Positions 39,340-53,615 of a stretch of 64,000 bases of DNA are shown piece by piece. The translations under genes were made by a program, and so were the position numbers. Origin of the DNA: Eledone cirrhosa (Eukaryota); the NCBI GenBank assembly GCA_964016885.1, contig OZ024743.1, positions 26,474,001-26,538,000 of the forward strand, read 5' to 3'. Under the pieces are notes generated by a model. That model was not told the DNA's origin and searched no databases. It saw nothing but the letters and a program-made list of their open reading frames with translations. Numbering within the stretch: the stretch's first letter is position 1; each line of letters starts with the position of its first letter.

Positions 39340-40165
39340 ATTTTATGTCTGTTTTTTCATGCTTGCATAGGTTTTTTTTATTTGTTTATTTTTTGCAGCA
39401 CAGCATCTCACCACTTGTTGTGGTCCTTTGTCATCTCCCCTGTGAGATTCATTGATTTGAGATCAGCTTTCACAACCTCTGTCCAGATATTCTTGGTTTT
39501 CCTCTACTGGGATTTCTTGGTACTTCTTCACCCAATGATCATCATCCATATACATCACATAACCATATAAGCAGTCTTCTTTCCTGCTCACTACATCTGA
39601 TTCCTCTTATATCCAGTTTTTCTCTCAGCCCATCTATGCTTTGTCATTCTGGCACATCCATTGGAGCATACTTGCTTCATTTCTCTCTAGCCATTGCATA
39701 TCCTCTGCATTCATTAATCATATCTCACTACCATGCAACTTTGCACACAGGCATCATACAGTCAGCCTTTCTTTCATAGAGAGAAATCTTTTGATGTCAA
39801 CAGAGGGTGTAGCTCCCTGAACTTTTTCATCCCGTTCTTATCCTAGTTGCTATGCTCTCAGTGCAACTACCTCCACCATTAATTAGATCACCTAGGTACC
39901 AGAAGCTATCAACCACTTCTATGGGTCCTTCTTGAGATTAGAAAAAGTTTATTTCACTGATGCTCTTACTACACTCTACTCCTGTGCATCCGCCTCATAC
40001 AAAGTCTACCTTTTTCTATTAGTCTGCCTGTTATCCCACTGCACCTCTTGTGTAGCCAAGATTTATATTGTGTACATTGTATAGGTTTCTACTTACCCCT
40101 TTTCTACATATCAAGCAGGGCCACTTCCCTAATGGGATCATGGTCCTGTCTTCTTTCCTTCTTAG
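39340..40165 (-). mobile_element. Decayed RTE LINE fragment
   Basis: Minus-strand remnants of the F.YLGD and GKPRISG segments and the RTE 3' UTR (atgcaagcatg); homologous to 61170-61780. Confidence 0.7.
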
Positions 40166-42447
40166 CACACATCATGATAATGGTAAGAAGTTTTATCTAG
40201 CCGGGAGAGCTATTTAAAGAAACTAAAGCTCTAAACTTCTGCATTATTTGGAGCAGTAGTCATAGTAACATTGTTTAGCCCCTGGTTAGACCTTATGAAG
40301 CACATCTATGATCAAAGACATGCAGTCATGACCATCCAATATTTTTTCTGGATACAGTATATCGAAGACTACATTAAACAGTGTCCTTCCTTTTTTTTGA
40401 GATGATAATGTGTGATTTGAAGAAGATTTAGCTCTAATTTCTATCGCCTGATGTTGGTAGAAGTTGCATACATATCTCACAAATAGACTTGTGATTATAG
40501 TGTTTTCTAAAAGAGTTGGGAAAGAAGCATTAGCACTAATTGCAAGTGGTTTTAGTAGTAAGAGGATAGCAATAATAGTGGTAACAACAGTGATACAGTA
40601 GTTGTAGTAGTAGTATTTATTATGCTCTGACTTCTCATCTCTATCCAACAGCATCACCATCATCATATCTGTATGGCTGACACAATCATCCTATTTGTGG
40701 TCTTATCATTACACACCATCATGTACCTTCACCCCAACCATTACTACAAACACACCTACGTCCCCCACTATTTCAGACACCTGTCACCATCCTTGTATTA
40801 TTACATATATCACCCATCACCACCATTACACATTCATAAACCTTTATCAGTTCTATGTTATTATATATATTATCACTTTATACAACTTAACAAGTGAGAG
40901 TCTCTATGTGGTCACTTCATCTGCTAGAAATAACAGCCAAATCTTTCTTAATCCTTTCATTACCATATTTCTTACAAAATACATTCTCTGAGTTTCAAAC
41001 ATTCTTTGAAAATGATTAAGAATATTAAAGGATTTAATAAAATAACTTAATCCTTATTTTAATAAGTTGATGTTAGGAACACATCTTAGCACAATCATCA
41101 TCATCATCATTTAAGGTCCATTTTCCATGTTAGCATGGGTAGGACCCATGTTCTTACATAAAATTATGCTGGAAGGTTTTATAAATGAGAAGTGTATCTT
41201 AGGACCGGAAGCAAGTTGGTATTGAATGGGTTAAATCACACCACACTTATTAAAAAAAGAACACATTCAATAAAATAGTCATGGCTTACTTACACATAGG
41301 AAAAAGACGGGTGGTTCTAGCTGGAATGCCTTTGATCATAGGCCTGCTAGATCAGGACAGACATTTGATCAAACAACAATAATGGCTTCTCTACATGCAC
41401 CACAAATACTCAGACTGCCTCCATATAATAAATTACTTGTGGAAGTGTGCAACACATGCTTCAATGAAAATTAAAAAAGAAAGGAGCTGATTGTCATATC
41501 AGACTTTGTAACTCCTTACAGAAAGAAGCAGAATTTGAATTCAGAACACACAGAGCCAGATTTGATTCTGCCCTACCCCACTGAACAGTTTATTTATTGA
41601 TCCCTGAAAGGATGAAAGGCAAAGATGACCTAGACAGGATCTGAAGTCAGAGCTGGAAAAAATATAGAGGATTTTAATCCAATGCTCAACAACTCTGCCA
41701 ATCCAATAATTAGGAGATGGTATATTTGGAGCCCTTACAAATCATGACATAGGTTTGCTTGATTAAAGTTAACCAAGGCTACATATCACCATCACACTTA
41801 ATATGCTACAGAAAGTAGACAAATCATTTCTTTAAAAAGGCAGGATGATCGTGGCTAGAATGTCATTGATCATAGGTTTGCTAGGGATAAACAACAATTA
41901 TTAAATAAAACAGGAATATTTTAATTTGGTATTTTTTTTTACAGCTGGATGCTGTTCCTATCACTAACTCATTTACAGCAGAGTCTCAACCACCACTAGA
42001 TAGACTGTCTTAGGCAGGTTTAGCACATTTCTTAAGCAAATGCATTGAACTAATTAATAACCTTGTTTAGATTTTAACATAATTAGCTGTATGTTATATT
42101 TAGATGATGAAACTGTATTATCCAGTGGTAAGATAATGTTAATGCATCTTCATTGTTCCTATCTTATTTAGCTTTACTTGCTGTATACCCTTTCACAACT
42201 ATATTTGCAAACTAGGAATTAAATATCTTTAACTTTATATCATCATCATAATCGTTTAATGATAAACACAGTAATGCTCTACTGATACTGCCAATTCACT
42301 GACATTCTTGCAAATGAAAATTGGAATTGGGTTAAAATTTGGTAAATGTTAGCAAATTTATTGATGCTGTAAAATAAATTTTCAGCTAAAAATTTTAAGT
42401 CTTGGGCCCAAAATGGACTTGACTGTTGATAATTATTCATGAATTAA

Positions 42448-42653
42448 CCCTTTAGCATTTAAACCAGCCATACCAGCTAGAATTCACTACCCCCTTTCTG
42501 TTCAAACTGGCCATAACTGGCCACTCATACTGACATTAAAGTATTGCTCTCAAAATAAATAATAACATCATCAAAATCTCGTAGATTCCATATTATGTGA
42601 GATAAGCCTTTACCGTGATAATATAATAGTAGAGTATAGAAAATGCTAAAGGG
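42448..42653. mobile_element. piggyBac-type MITE family 1 (TIR CCCTTTAGCATTT, TTAA TSD)
   Basis: ttaa|ccctttagcattt...aaatgctaaaggg|ttaa. Other copies at ~23305-23509, 26990-27204, 30709-30916, 33162-33343, 42850-43064 and a partial at 56310-56492. Confidence 0.85.
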
Positions 42654-42849
42654 TTAAACAGAATAAAATCTTTATAATGTCAAGTACAATACTTTGGCAG
42701 ATATACTGAAATGTGGCATGATAGAAAGTGTGTGTTGAATTTCCATCGGTTACTATGATCAGTGTTTCAATTGTTGGATCAATAAAACAGTGAGCTCGTG
42801 AAATTAACATCCAACTAGCTGAGCATTCAAATGACATGTGCACCTTTAA

Positions 42850-43064
42850 CCCTTTAGTATTTAAACCAGCTGTATCCGGTAAGAATTCTCTCACCTCTCT
42901 CTGTCAAGACCGGCTGTAACTGACCACTCATACTGATGTTAATGTATTGTTCTCAAAATAAATAATATCAAAATCTCATAGATATATTATGTGAGATAAT
43001 TATGAGGAAAAGCTTTACTGTGAAAATAAAATAGTATATATAGAGTAATGTAAATACTAAAGGG
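42850..43064. mobile_element. piggyBac-type MITE family 1 copy
   Basis: ttaa|ccctttagtattta...taaatactaaaggg|ttaa. Confidence 0.85.
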
Positions 43065-43779
43065 TTAATACAATTTTTTGCGAGGTTCAGTGTGATACAT
43101 TGACAAGTGTAACCATTTGAATTACAGGTACCACTCCTTTTTGTGAGCTGAGTTTGTAAAAGAAAGTGTCTTACTCAAGGACACAATGCTGCTGAAAAAT
43201 GAACTCACAACCATATAATCATGAGCCAAACACCCTCATATATAACATCGTTATCAGTGGTTGTCTTCTTGATAATTTGTTGATAATCAGTTGATATGAA
43301 CAAAATTAGGGTTTCTAAAGACTGAAATGTTAATCCTAAATAATATATGAGCTAGTTGTCAAATGTCAAAAGGGATGTATAAAGAAGGCATTGTAGTCAT
43401 GTATGATAAATGTTTAGTAGTTATGTAGTAGTGAGCAAAACGTCTTTAACAGATTTACACACTTGAGCTTCTATAATTATTGCTGAGTGTTTGTTTACTT
43501 CACACCAGAGTCCTGTACCTAAACTAACCAGTATTCTATACATGTTTACACTTTAACAAGAGAACACAATAACAAACACTTCAGCATTATAAGAACTAAA
43601 GAGGCATATAAACAAAGGTTAAAACAATGATCAATGTTGATTTCAGATTCTCTCTTTGTTTTCACCTTTTAATTCCAAATGTCTTTGATAGCTTGAATAA
43701 CATGTTGGCACAATATATCATTTATTAACCCTTTCATTACCATTTTTTCTAATGAAAAATACTGCCTATGATTTTAAAG

Positions 43780-44590
43780 GGACTTGTGGAAGGGTTTGCT
43801 ACAGTATGAGATTGATGGACAGCTTCTTCTTGTTTTGAATACCTTAGTATTTGTGTTCAGAAAAATTGTGCTAAGTGTGGGTGTCAGACCCTACCAAAGG
43901 TGCATATTGTCATCTCATATATTCATAAACTTCACAAACAAGATTGACATGTGCAGTCAGGTTGGAGGTGGTATCAAAGCAGGTGGATGTAGGATCAGAC
44001 GACATGTTGTTACTTAACTCTTTGGAAGGTGATCTCCAACTTGCAAGAGATAGGTTTGCTGCTGAGTGCTGCAGGGCAGGAATAAAAATCAGTGCTGTGA
44101 AGACAGATATTCATTCTCTAGAGTACACCTGCACTGTGCTCTCTCCATATGAGTAGAGCTACACTCAAGCAGGTGGAAATGTTCATAAGTAATGGAAAGC
44201 AAGATCCTGAATTAAAAGCATGAATTGCAGGAGCTGATGCAATAATGTGCTAGCTTCAATATTAAGTTATGAGAAAGGAGGTAGATGTAAAAGCCAAACT
44301 TGCTATCTACAATTCAGTATTTGTATCTACCCTTACCTATGGTCATGAATCTTGGATAATGACCAAATGAATACAATCATGAATAAAATGGGATTTCTCT
44401 GAAGGGTATTTGGAATAAGTAATGTTACATGATAGGTGCATAGCTTGGAGATCTGGGAATCACTCCAGCTACTTCTCCACATTGAGAGATCACAGATCAG
44501 ATACTACAGACATGTGGTTAGAATGTCTAAGGAAAGAATCACTGGACAAATTTTAAAAGCAAAGCCAACAGGAGACCTAGAGGACTCTAC
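43780..44590 (+). mobile_element. Decayed RTE LINE RT fragment
   Basis: GVR..CILS..IFI, DDMLLL, ISAVKT and IERSQIRYYRHVVRM..ERI in ORFs 43784-44690. Confidence 0.78.
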
Positions 44591-44610
44591 TTCTACAAAC
44601 CTCTCAAAAC

Positions 44611-44975
44611 TACTGTATATACTCAAATATAAGTTGACCCCAACAATTTTATATCTGAGAAATAGGCAAAAATTCAATCCACTTTTATAAGCCGTAGCAA
44701 GTAGTCAACACATTATTTTTAGGTGGTGCAGTTTTGAAATTCTCATGAACTTTTTATTTCACAATTCCATTATGTAATAAAATTTTACCAATTTCTGATC
44801 GTTTTGAAGGCCATATTCATTCAAAATATATTTAAAAAAAACAATAGGAAATATGAACCAGTGCAATATTCACTCCCAAAGTGAAACCAGTGTAATATTC
44901 ACCCCCAAAGTGAAAATATTTTCTAAGTTGGTGAAAATCGGCAAAATATTGACCTTGAATATAAGCCACTCCATT
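44611..44975. mobile_element. Tigger/pogo-like MITE remnant
   Basis: Terminus tactgtatatactcaaatataag with internal repeats of (aa)tataagcc; a ~29-bp tandem duplication near 44855-44915. Confidence 0.4.
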
Positions 44976-47900
44976 TTACCATTGATTTTTTTTTTGTCAT
45001 ATATTTTGTGGCTTATATGAGATAAGTGGGTAAAGAAGAGTAAAAACTTTAACTTTTAATGTGATGTAGTCATAATGCTGTTTTATACTGTGGTTCCATG
45101 TGATATAGGTTGTTAAGAGTTATTGGGTGATAGAAGTGTATTGTATTTAATACTAGGTTAAAAAAAAAATGATCAATTATTGCAGTATTCAAATATCATT
45201 AAACAATGGAATGTATAATATGGAAAATTGTAGTAGTAGCCAGTAATAGAATCAACAAAAAAAAAAAAAATGAAAGTTTTAAAAATAATAAAAGACTGGA
45301 AACAAAACTGGTGTGTTAATAAATATTTTTATTTATCATTTCTCATGGTGATGGTAGCAGCAGCAGCAATATTAAAATATTTATAACAGAAAAAAAGGAC
45401 TTGAATTACTTACAACTGTAAAAAGGCAAGCATGGAATAAAATGGCTGATTAGAGTAAATACAAATAGTCAAAAAATACATCGATGAGAATAAAAGATAA
45501 AAATATGAAAACTTCTAAACTAACATCAAAAATATCTACAGATAATTTTGAAAAAAAAAAACATACTTTTTTTGTTTTTACACAAAAGATATATGATTTG
45601 TTTATAAAATTGTGTAATATATCAACTATGGACATTAGAAAATTGGTCCAACTACAAAAATATTCTTATAAAATCATAGAGAAATACATCATTTTGAATA
45701 TACAACTGAAATTTTGTTTTTGAAATATATACACCTGCATATAATTTTAGTTTTCTAAAAGTGTATACACACACACACATGTATATAATGCTATTGTTTA
45801 ATCAGAAGTAAAATTGGACATGAATCTTTCTTCATGTGATTGCTGCAAGAGTCAGCAAGCTAAAGAATTAAAATAAGTTAATCCTTCCATGGACAATAAA
45901 TCTACAAAGAGTCAATGCTCAATGTTGATTTCTGTAGTGATATACTCCTTGATATGGCCCTAGTCTATTATAGATAACTCATACTTAACAGAGAGCTCTG
46001 TAAACTGAGATGTAGAATTAAGTGAACTGTCTTAGCAACAACAAAATAGTCTACAGTGGGATATTATAAACACGAGTGGGTTGCTTGCTTCATTATAATT
46101 GTGTGTGTGTGACAAAGAGAAAGAGATGGTTATTGGCACGGCATAGACGAGCTAAATACATGAGCCATCTGTTTCATATGGTTAAAAACAAAGAAACATA
46201 AGGGAGCTAAAATATTCTCATTTGTTTGAAGTTGATATGTCCCAAATGGAGAGACAAGCCCAAATGGATGACAAATAAAAATAAATTAAGATAAAAATAA
46301 TTTATATATCACAGAGCAAGTGATAGGTTACAATGTGTTTATATCATGTATTATAATGTATTATTTATCACACAGTGTATTTTGTGTTGTGGTGTGTTTT
46401 ATATATCCCAAGGTGTGTTATATGCAACAGTATGCTAAACATTATATAGTATATATCACATAATGTGTTATATTTTACATATCACCCAGTTTAAAAAAGT
46501 CAAAGGCAGTTAGGTGCATACCTCACAGAGTGAAGGGTCAGATATTTCATATTGCATATTTGGTAGACTTAATCTTTTGCACAATTTAACACCACCAGTA
46601 CCTGCCTCACTTGCTGCCTTTAACAGACTCTCTTCTGTTGTGAGCATTTGGGCCAGTTCTCTGGTTTGAGGAAAACTTGCACCCACCAGTCTGGAAGGCC
46701 CTGAATAGGGTCATGGATGCTTTCTTTTCTCCTCTGGTTAAGCATATATAAATATATATAATGCATTAAATATTACACATCATTTAGCATATTATCAATC
46801 ACATTATATTACATGTTATGACACACATCACATATTTTATCATATATCACATAGTATATTGTCAAATTGGATATCATGTTACATATCTCACATTGTGTTA
46901 TCTGTATTAGGTTTCATTTGTAACCAAGATATCAATTAACCCTAAACAAAATTTTACTTGTATATTCAACATTAACAAAGACAATAGAATAGTTAACATA
47001 ACACTGCAGCAGTTGTCAGTGTGTTTAATAGTGAAATAATAGGTTATCAACATTATTATCACAACACATTCAAAGACACTTGAATTAAAAACTACAAAAC
47101 TGTTTAGTGCAAGTCTAAAGACAACATGAAAAAAATGTCATAGAAACTGCACAAGTGAGTCACTTCTTCGCAATATCAATTTGGTGAGTGAGATTATAAG
47201 CAGTAAAGTTAAGGTAAGATGTAAACCAAGGTATTTGTGTCTGTTTCATTGGCAACAAGATTCTTTTGATAAACACTGTCTTAATACAACCATATAATTA
47301 TGATGAGGATAAAAACACAATAACTTTCAGAATAATAATAATGGTTTATAATTTTGGCATATGGCCTGCAATTTTGAGAGAGGAGAAGTTGATTACATCA
47401 ACCTCAGTACTTACTTGACTGGTACTTTATTTTATTGACTCTGGAAGGGTGAAAGGTCACATTGACCTCAACAGGATTTGAACTCAGAATGTACAAAGCC
47501 AAATGAAATACTATAAAGAATTTTGTTTGATATCCTCATGATTCTGCCAATCTACTGCCTTTTCAGAACAACAACAATAATGGTTTCTGATTTAGGCACA
47601 AGGCCAGCAATTTTTTGGGGGGTAGGGGGAAAGTCGATTAAATTAACCCCAGTGCGTTACTGGTGCTTTATTTTATCAACTCCTATGATTTCTAACATAG
47701 GTTCAAGACCAAACATTTTGGGCGAGGGATCTATAATTAATATCAGCAATTGCTTTGTGCATGTCAAAGTTGATCTTGGCAGGATTTAGACTTAAAACAA
47801 AAGGGACTTAACTATATGCAACACAAGCATTTTATCAGGCATTCTGTTTCTACTGTTTACTGCTCTTGGCAATAATAATAATGAGGTATGAAATGAAGAA

Positions 47901-49524
47901 TAGTACGCATAATAACAAGGGTCTAAAAAGTGGTAAGATGCCCAGGCATGCCAACACCCCAAAGACACTAGAAATTAGGCCGTAGAGAGTGCAACAATAC
48001 ACAGTTTATAAATCACTTTTCCAGCAGGCTAATAATAGATATGTGTATATAAACCTATGAATGTATATATCTATATTTATATGTTTCTGTTTCTGTAGGA
48101 ATGCTAGTGTGACTGAAAGAATGATTAATGTATACATGTGTATAAATGGCTATGTTTGAATGCAAATAAAATTGGAGATCACAAAAAGAAGAAAAACAAA
48201 TCTCCCAAAAAGATGTTTAAACTTTGGTATAGTGAAGGGGAGGATATCAAATTTCATATACAAGTATGACGTTTGAAATTTATGGAGGAAAGGAAAGATA
48301 TTAATGCCTCTAAAGAGGCATTAAGAACTTAACTCTTTAAATATAATATTTCTAATAAAATACACTGCCAATCTGTTACAATTGATTTTGAAGATAACCA
48401 AAAATTAAAAGGAATTTAATAAAATAACCAACTTTTTCATTATTAATCCTCTTGGCGCTGTGGGCAACTGAAATTACCAATAGAGTAATTTCCACTTAAT
48501 ACACAATACAGTATCAAGGGAGGTAATTCATAAAACATTCAGCCTCCAGAAGGTTAAGTTGATGTTTGAAGCATAACTTAACAAAAAGTCCTTGCAGAAA
48601 ATTATGATAGAAGATGTTAATATAAATATAAACACTTTAAAAACAAGCAGTTTTGTATCATGGAAACAGGGGCACTTTCAGGTAGTTTGGTATCAAAAAG
48701 GTTAAGTGAATTGAGTCAACTGAACTGTGGTCTTATTCGCTTTTAAGATTGGAACAATGCAACAAATTTGGAGTGGGGATACAGTTGATTAAGTCAACTC
48801 CATTACTTGATTGGTATTTTATCAATCTTGGAAGTGCAAGACAAAGTTGACTCTGCAGGATTTTAGCTCAGAATATAAATGGATGTAACTAAATGTTGCA
48901 AAACATTTTTATTTATCAGATGCTTTACCAATTCTGTCATTATTATTATAATTTCAAAATTTGGTTCAAGACCACATATTTATAGTAATGTGAGGTTGTG
49001 ATGTTAATGTCTTTTCTAGACACAACACCACTCTTTATAGGAAAAGTAAAACCCAATCACAGCAGCAAAAATTAATTATTGGAATTTAACTTGATGTCCT
49101 AGTATTTGAGCCAACTCAATAATAATAATAATTGTTTCTACTTTTGGCACAAGGCCAGCAATTTGAAGGGAAAGAGAAAGTCGATTAAATTGACCCCAAT
49201 GCATTACTGGAACTTTATTTTATTGACCCTGTAAAGATGAAAGGCAAAGCTAACCTCAGCAGGATTTGAACTCAGAATGTAAAGGGCCGTAACTTTATGC
49301 AGCAAAGCATGTTGTCCAACACTCTACTGATACTGCCAATCCACAATAACAATAACAATAACAATGGTTTCTAATTTAGGTGCAAGGCCAGCATTTTGAG
49401 GAAAGATGATTCAATGAAATTGACCTCCAGTACTTGACAGTTACTTTATTTTATTGACCCCAGAAGGAAGAAAAGCAGTTGACCTCAACAGGATTTGAAC
49501 TTAACAATAATAATAATAATTATT

Positions 49525-51385
49525 ATTTCATTCATTTTTCCAACAGGGCCCATTCATATTTACAGAAACATATAGGGATGTACTAAGATAATTTTACCAT
49601 CACAGTGGGTGGGACAAGACATAAAACATTGATAACATAAACACAGATAAATTAAACAATGTATATAAATATAAATAAAACAAATAGAGGTAACCCACAT
49701 CCACAGAAGTGAGAAGCTGCCACCTGGGTTTGATCAGTACGCTCATGATGCTGAACACTATCTGCTGCTCAAAATGTTGAGTCCCATAAGCGCCTGTGAC
49801 AATTTAGATGTCGGAGTAGGTAAGAAAGATCCCGTGTCATCTTAGTAGCTAAAGTATAACTGTTCATAGGCTTAATATTGTTCTTCACAGGCTATCTCTT
49901 GTATGCTCCACACAATTGAAGCCCATCTCATCATAAAGTCTACACTTGATCTTTTCTTAGATCTTCCTGTATGTTGTTTAAAAGGAAATCCATCAGTTGG
50001 TCATTTGTATTATGATGCACTGCAAACATCAAACGTTTCCAGGAGATGGCCTCCCCTACACACATTCTACTCACCTTACTTGGGATACATTTTTCATTTT
50101 AGAGGGAGGTTTCTTATTTTTTTTATTTTACTCTTTCCACAACACTTGACAATCTGCCACCCCTGTTTATTGTCCCTCTCCTCAATGTTGCAAGACAATG
50201 GGATGGTGCTCCTGGTTCTAGTGGAGAAAAGGAGTTCCTTATTGCTGGCTTTTGGAACTGAAGATAAGACAATTTCTTCCACTACTTCTGGAGTCTTGAC
50301 CGGTGGTGCTTTGAGAACTGAAATTTCTGTGGTTTGCTGTCTCTGCTATTCATTCCTACTTCTTGAGTTATTCCAGGCTGAAACTCTTCAAATGACTCTT
50401 ACTACATGTGCAGTAGCTGGGCTTTCTATCCTGCATCACCAGCTTTGTTGCTTTGCTTTCTGGATCCACAATAGGACACAGCTCTGGAATGACCGTGATC
50501 TTCAGGAATCATCAGGTCTTGGATGTCCATACACATTCTTCCCAACATTGTTTTAATCCCTTCAACACTCATCTTCTGCTTGTACTATTCCACAAAGGGT
50601 TAATGTCATCACTAATATCCTTCACTGTGTTGCATTGTCCATGTATTGTGACTCAAACCTAAAGACAGGTGTATGATGCACTAACTCTGCCAGCACTCAA
50701 TTTCGAAAGACAAGCATAAGATCCCATAAGTCCTACTCTGATCAATGAAAGAAATATTGCTCCACATATCAACTAGTGCCACCCCCAGTTGATGCTTGGA
50801 GGGTATAAGGTACCTGTGATTTTTAAGATGCAGAGATATATGACTTTCTTCCTTGCCCATTCTTGAATTAATCTCAGGTAGTGTTTTCGTTGGCCACATA
50901 TCTTTGCCATAACATTTTCTCTACTTGGTCACACATATTGATCTCCTCTTTATTGCTAGTAACACTACTAAAAGAATGACTCTTCCTGTCTGTATTATTC
51001 AAAACAACACACTTGCCCATTAAATTTTGATTGCTTTTAACAATATTGTTCAAATTGATGTTAAATATTAAAATATTTTTTTGTGTACAATGCATGAGTC
51101 TTGCTGTGATATTGAGTTTGGTCTCCTTTTACCCTTATTTTGTTTGTTCTCCATGTAGTTATGTTAATTTTCAGTTTTAAAGGAGTGTTTCTCTGCCAGG
51201 AAGCCGCCATGAATTAGATGTAAACAAAAACACAAAAATAAAAGTATTTCCAAAAATGACAGACTTATGCCTTCCTCAGTATGGCGGTAGATATTCTAGG
51301 ATGTTCTTTGTTGAAAATTATCAAAAAAGAAATGTTTTCTTCGGGTGTACTTGGTAAAAAATTCAAAATTGTCTAGTTTTGTGAC
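49525..51385 (-). mobile_element. Possible highly decayed, internally deleted non-LTR element between (AAT)n tracts
   Basis: A-rich, coding-like minus strand with broken frames, bounded by (aat)n on both sides; no diagnostic motif recognised. Confidence 0.3.
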
Positions 51386-53224
51386 ACATATGTACATGGT
51401 GAACATAATAATAATAATAATGACAACAAGGTTTCCATAAACCTCAGAGGCTCATAAAATTTGAACTTATTAATGAATTGAGAAGATTTATGAGGCTAAA
51501 AGATGACTTTTTCCTGGATAAGATATCAATCTCATATGTGTAGTGAATATGATCTAATGACTCATCAACTGTTAATCCAGTTTGTTATCCACATATGCAC
51601 ATTAAAACTCTATATCTCAATGATGATGATGATTTTCTCCATTGAATATGATTAAAGTTTTTGGTACCTTAGTAAAGACTTTTATCTCAGGTAACACAAT
51701 AGTTACCAATGAGTAAACTAGACTTAACAAAAACATTGGAGATGAAAAATGAAAAAAAAAAATAATAATAATAAACGAAAAGAAAAAATGGAAAAAAATG
51801 CAGTTTGTGAAAGCAAGTTGTGAAAAAGTAGACGATAAAAACTAGAAGTGTTTGTTTTGTTTTTCGTATTTACAAAGTTTAGGTATGCAATCAATAATCT
51901 GCATGCTATTGTTGGAGTTTCATTGTTTTGTGCAGAAATAATTCAGTGAAGAGACACCAGAGAGAAAAAAAAAACATGGACAATTACTTTTGTTCAAAAA
52001 TACTAGCTTTATGCAAGCAAAGATTTTGGTTTAATAATAGTAGCATGGCAAAGCTGGATAAGAATGGCTGAGAAGAAGAGAGTGCAGAGAAAGCAAAAAA
52101 TAAATTAATAATGCCTTGATACCATTTGAAGATGTTCTTTTGTAGAAGACAATGATATGGTTGAAATGAGAACAGTTTAGCGCAATGTAATGAGTCAAAA
52201 ATGATTTCTAACAGCAATGATTCAGAAAAAATAGAATTTATTCAGTAACTTCCATTTGGACATGGAAGACATAAAACTGTTATATCTAATTTTAAGCTTC
52301 ATGAAAACTGAGATGAGAATCACAGAATAGAAATGTTGGCATCAAGTTCTTTTTCTGGTTTTTACTTTCTTGCTAAACAAAACATGTAGCTAAAGGCTTC
52401 AATTCAAGCCTTTATTTGTTTATATATACAATCTAAGCAGCAAAAACAAATAGAGTGACTAGACTTATGAAAAAGTTGCAAAATTCCCCAATAAAGCCAT
52501 AAATTGGTAATAGTGCACCAGTTAAATTTAAAAAATTGGAAATTTTAGATTTTTTTAAAAAGCAGAATATTTTACATGTTTTTTTTTCTTTTTGTTGTTG
52601 CACCATAGAAGAATGGGAAAGCCCAGAGTTTAATATGGATGTCAAACTATTATTATATGCATATTTTAAATATATAAGGTGAAGATGAATATATTTTAAA
52701 TAGACTGACGAATATCCACCAAAGAACATGTATACAAAACCAACAAAAAAAGCAACATAATTTCTATTTGCATTAAGCTTTCTTTTTTTTTTTTTCTTCC
52801 ATTCAGTCATGGATTATTAACTCAGTTTACTCAGCTATATTTAGTTCCATAACAATTATGTACAATTATGACAAACATTGAAATAGAATAGCTATGTCTA
52901 GTGGTCCATTCATTTTCAGAACAGGTTAGAGGATAAGGAGAGGAGCAGTGGTGGTGATGGCAGGGGAGCTGCAGATAAATATAAATCAGAATGTTTAAGA
53001 GTGTTCTATATTTTGATTCACCATTATTATAATTGAATAAGAATAGAAACAGAAGCTACAAAATGAAATAGGGAGGAAGTGGTTTAAATAAGAACAGGGT
53101 TCCAGAACAGTTAATAGCAATGAAATAAAGATGGTTCTTTGTTTTTTAAATTCCTATTTTTTTTTAGACATGCAGAATTTTATTTCACATAGATTTCTCA
53201 TTCATTACCAAATAATAATAATTA

Positions 53225-53615
53225 TTATTATTTCTATGTTTGGCACAAGGCCAGCAATTATTCCAGTGCATTACTGGTGCTTTATTTTATCGACCCCCCA
53301 TAAGGATGAAAGGCAAAGTTAACCTCGGCGGGATTTGAACTCAGACTGTAAAGAGGCGTAACTCTATGCTGGAAAGCATGGCGTCCGACCCACTACTGAT
53401 ACTGCCAATGTAATAATGATTTCTACTATAGGCACACGGGGAAAGTCGATTAAATCCACCCCAGTGTGTTACTGGTGCTTTATTTTATCGACCCCTGTAA
53501 GGATGAAAGGCAAAGCTAACCTCAACGGGATATTAACTCAGAATATAAAGAGCCGTAACTCCATGCTGTAAAGCATGGTGTCCAACGCTCTACCGATGCT
53601 GCCAATCCACAATAA
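53225..53615 (-). mobile_element. Two tandem SINE family A copies
   Basis: Two successive bodies ttttatcgacccc...aaggatgaaaggcaaag...tgccaat separated by short (aat)n. Confidence 0.85.

Noticed and set aside
49903-50556. 217-aa plus-strand ORF
   Set aside because: No recognisable domain; it looks like the antisense shadow of a decayed minus-strand element.
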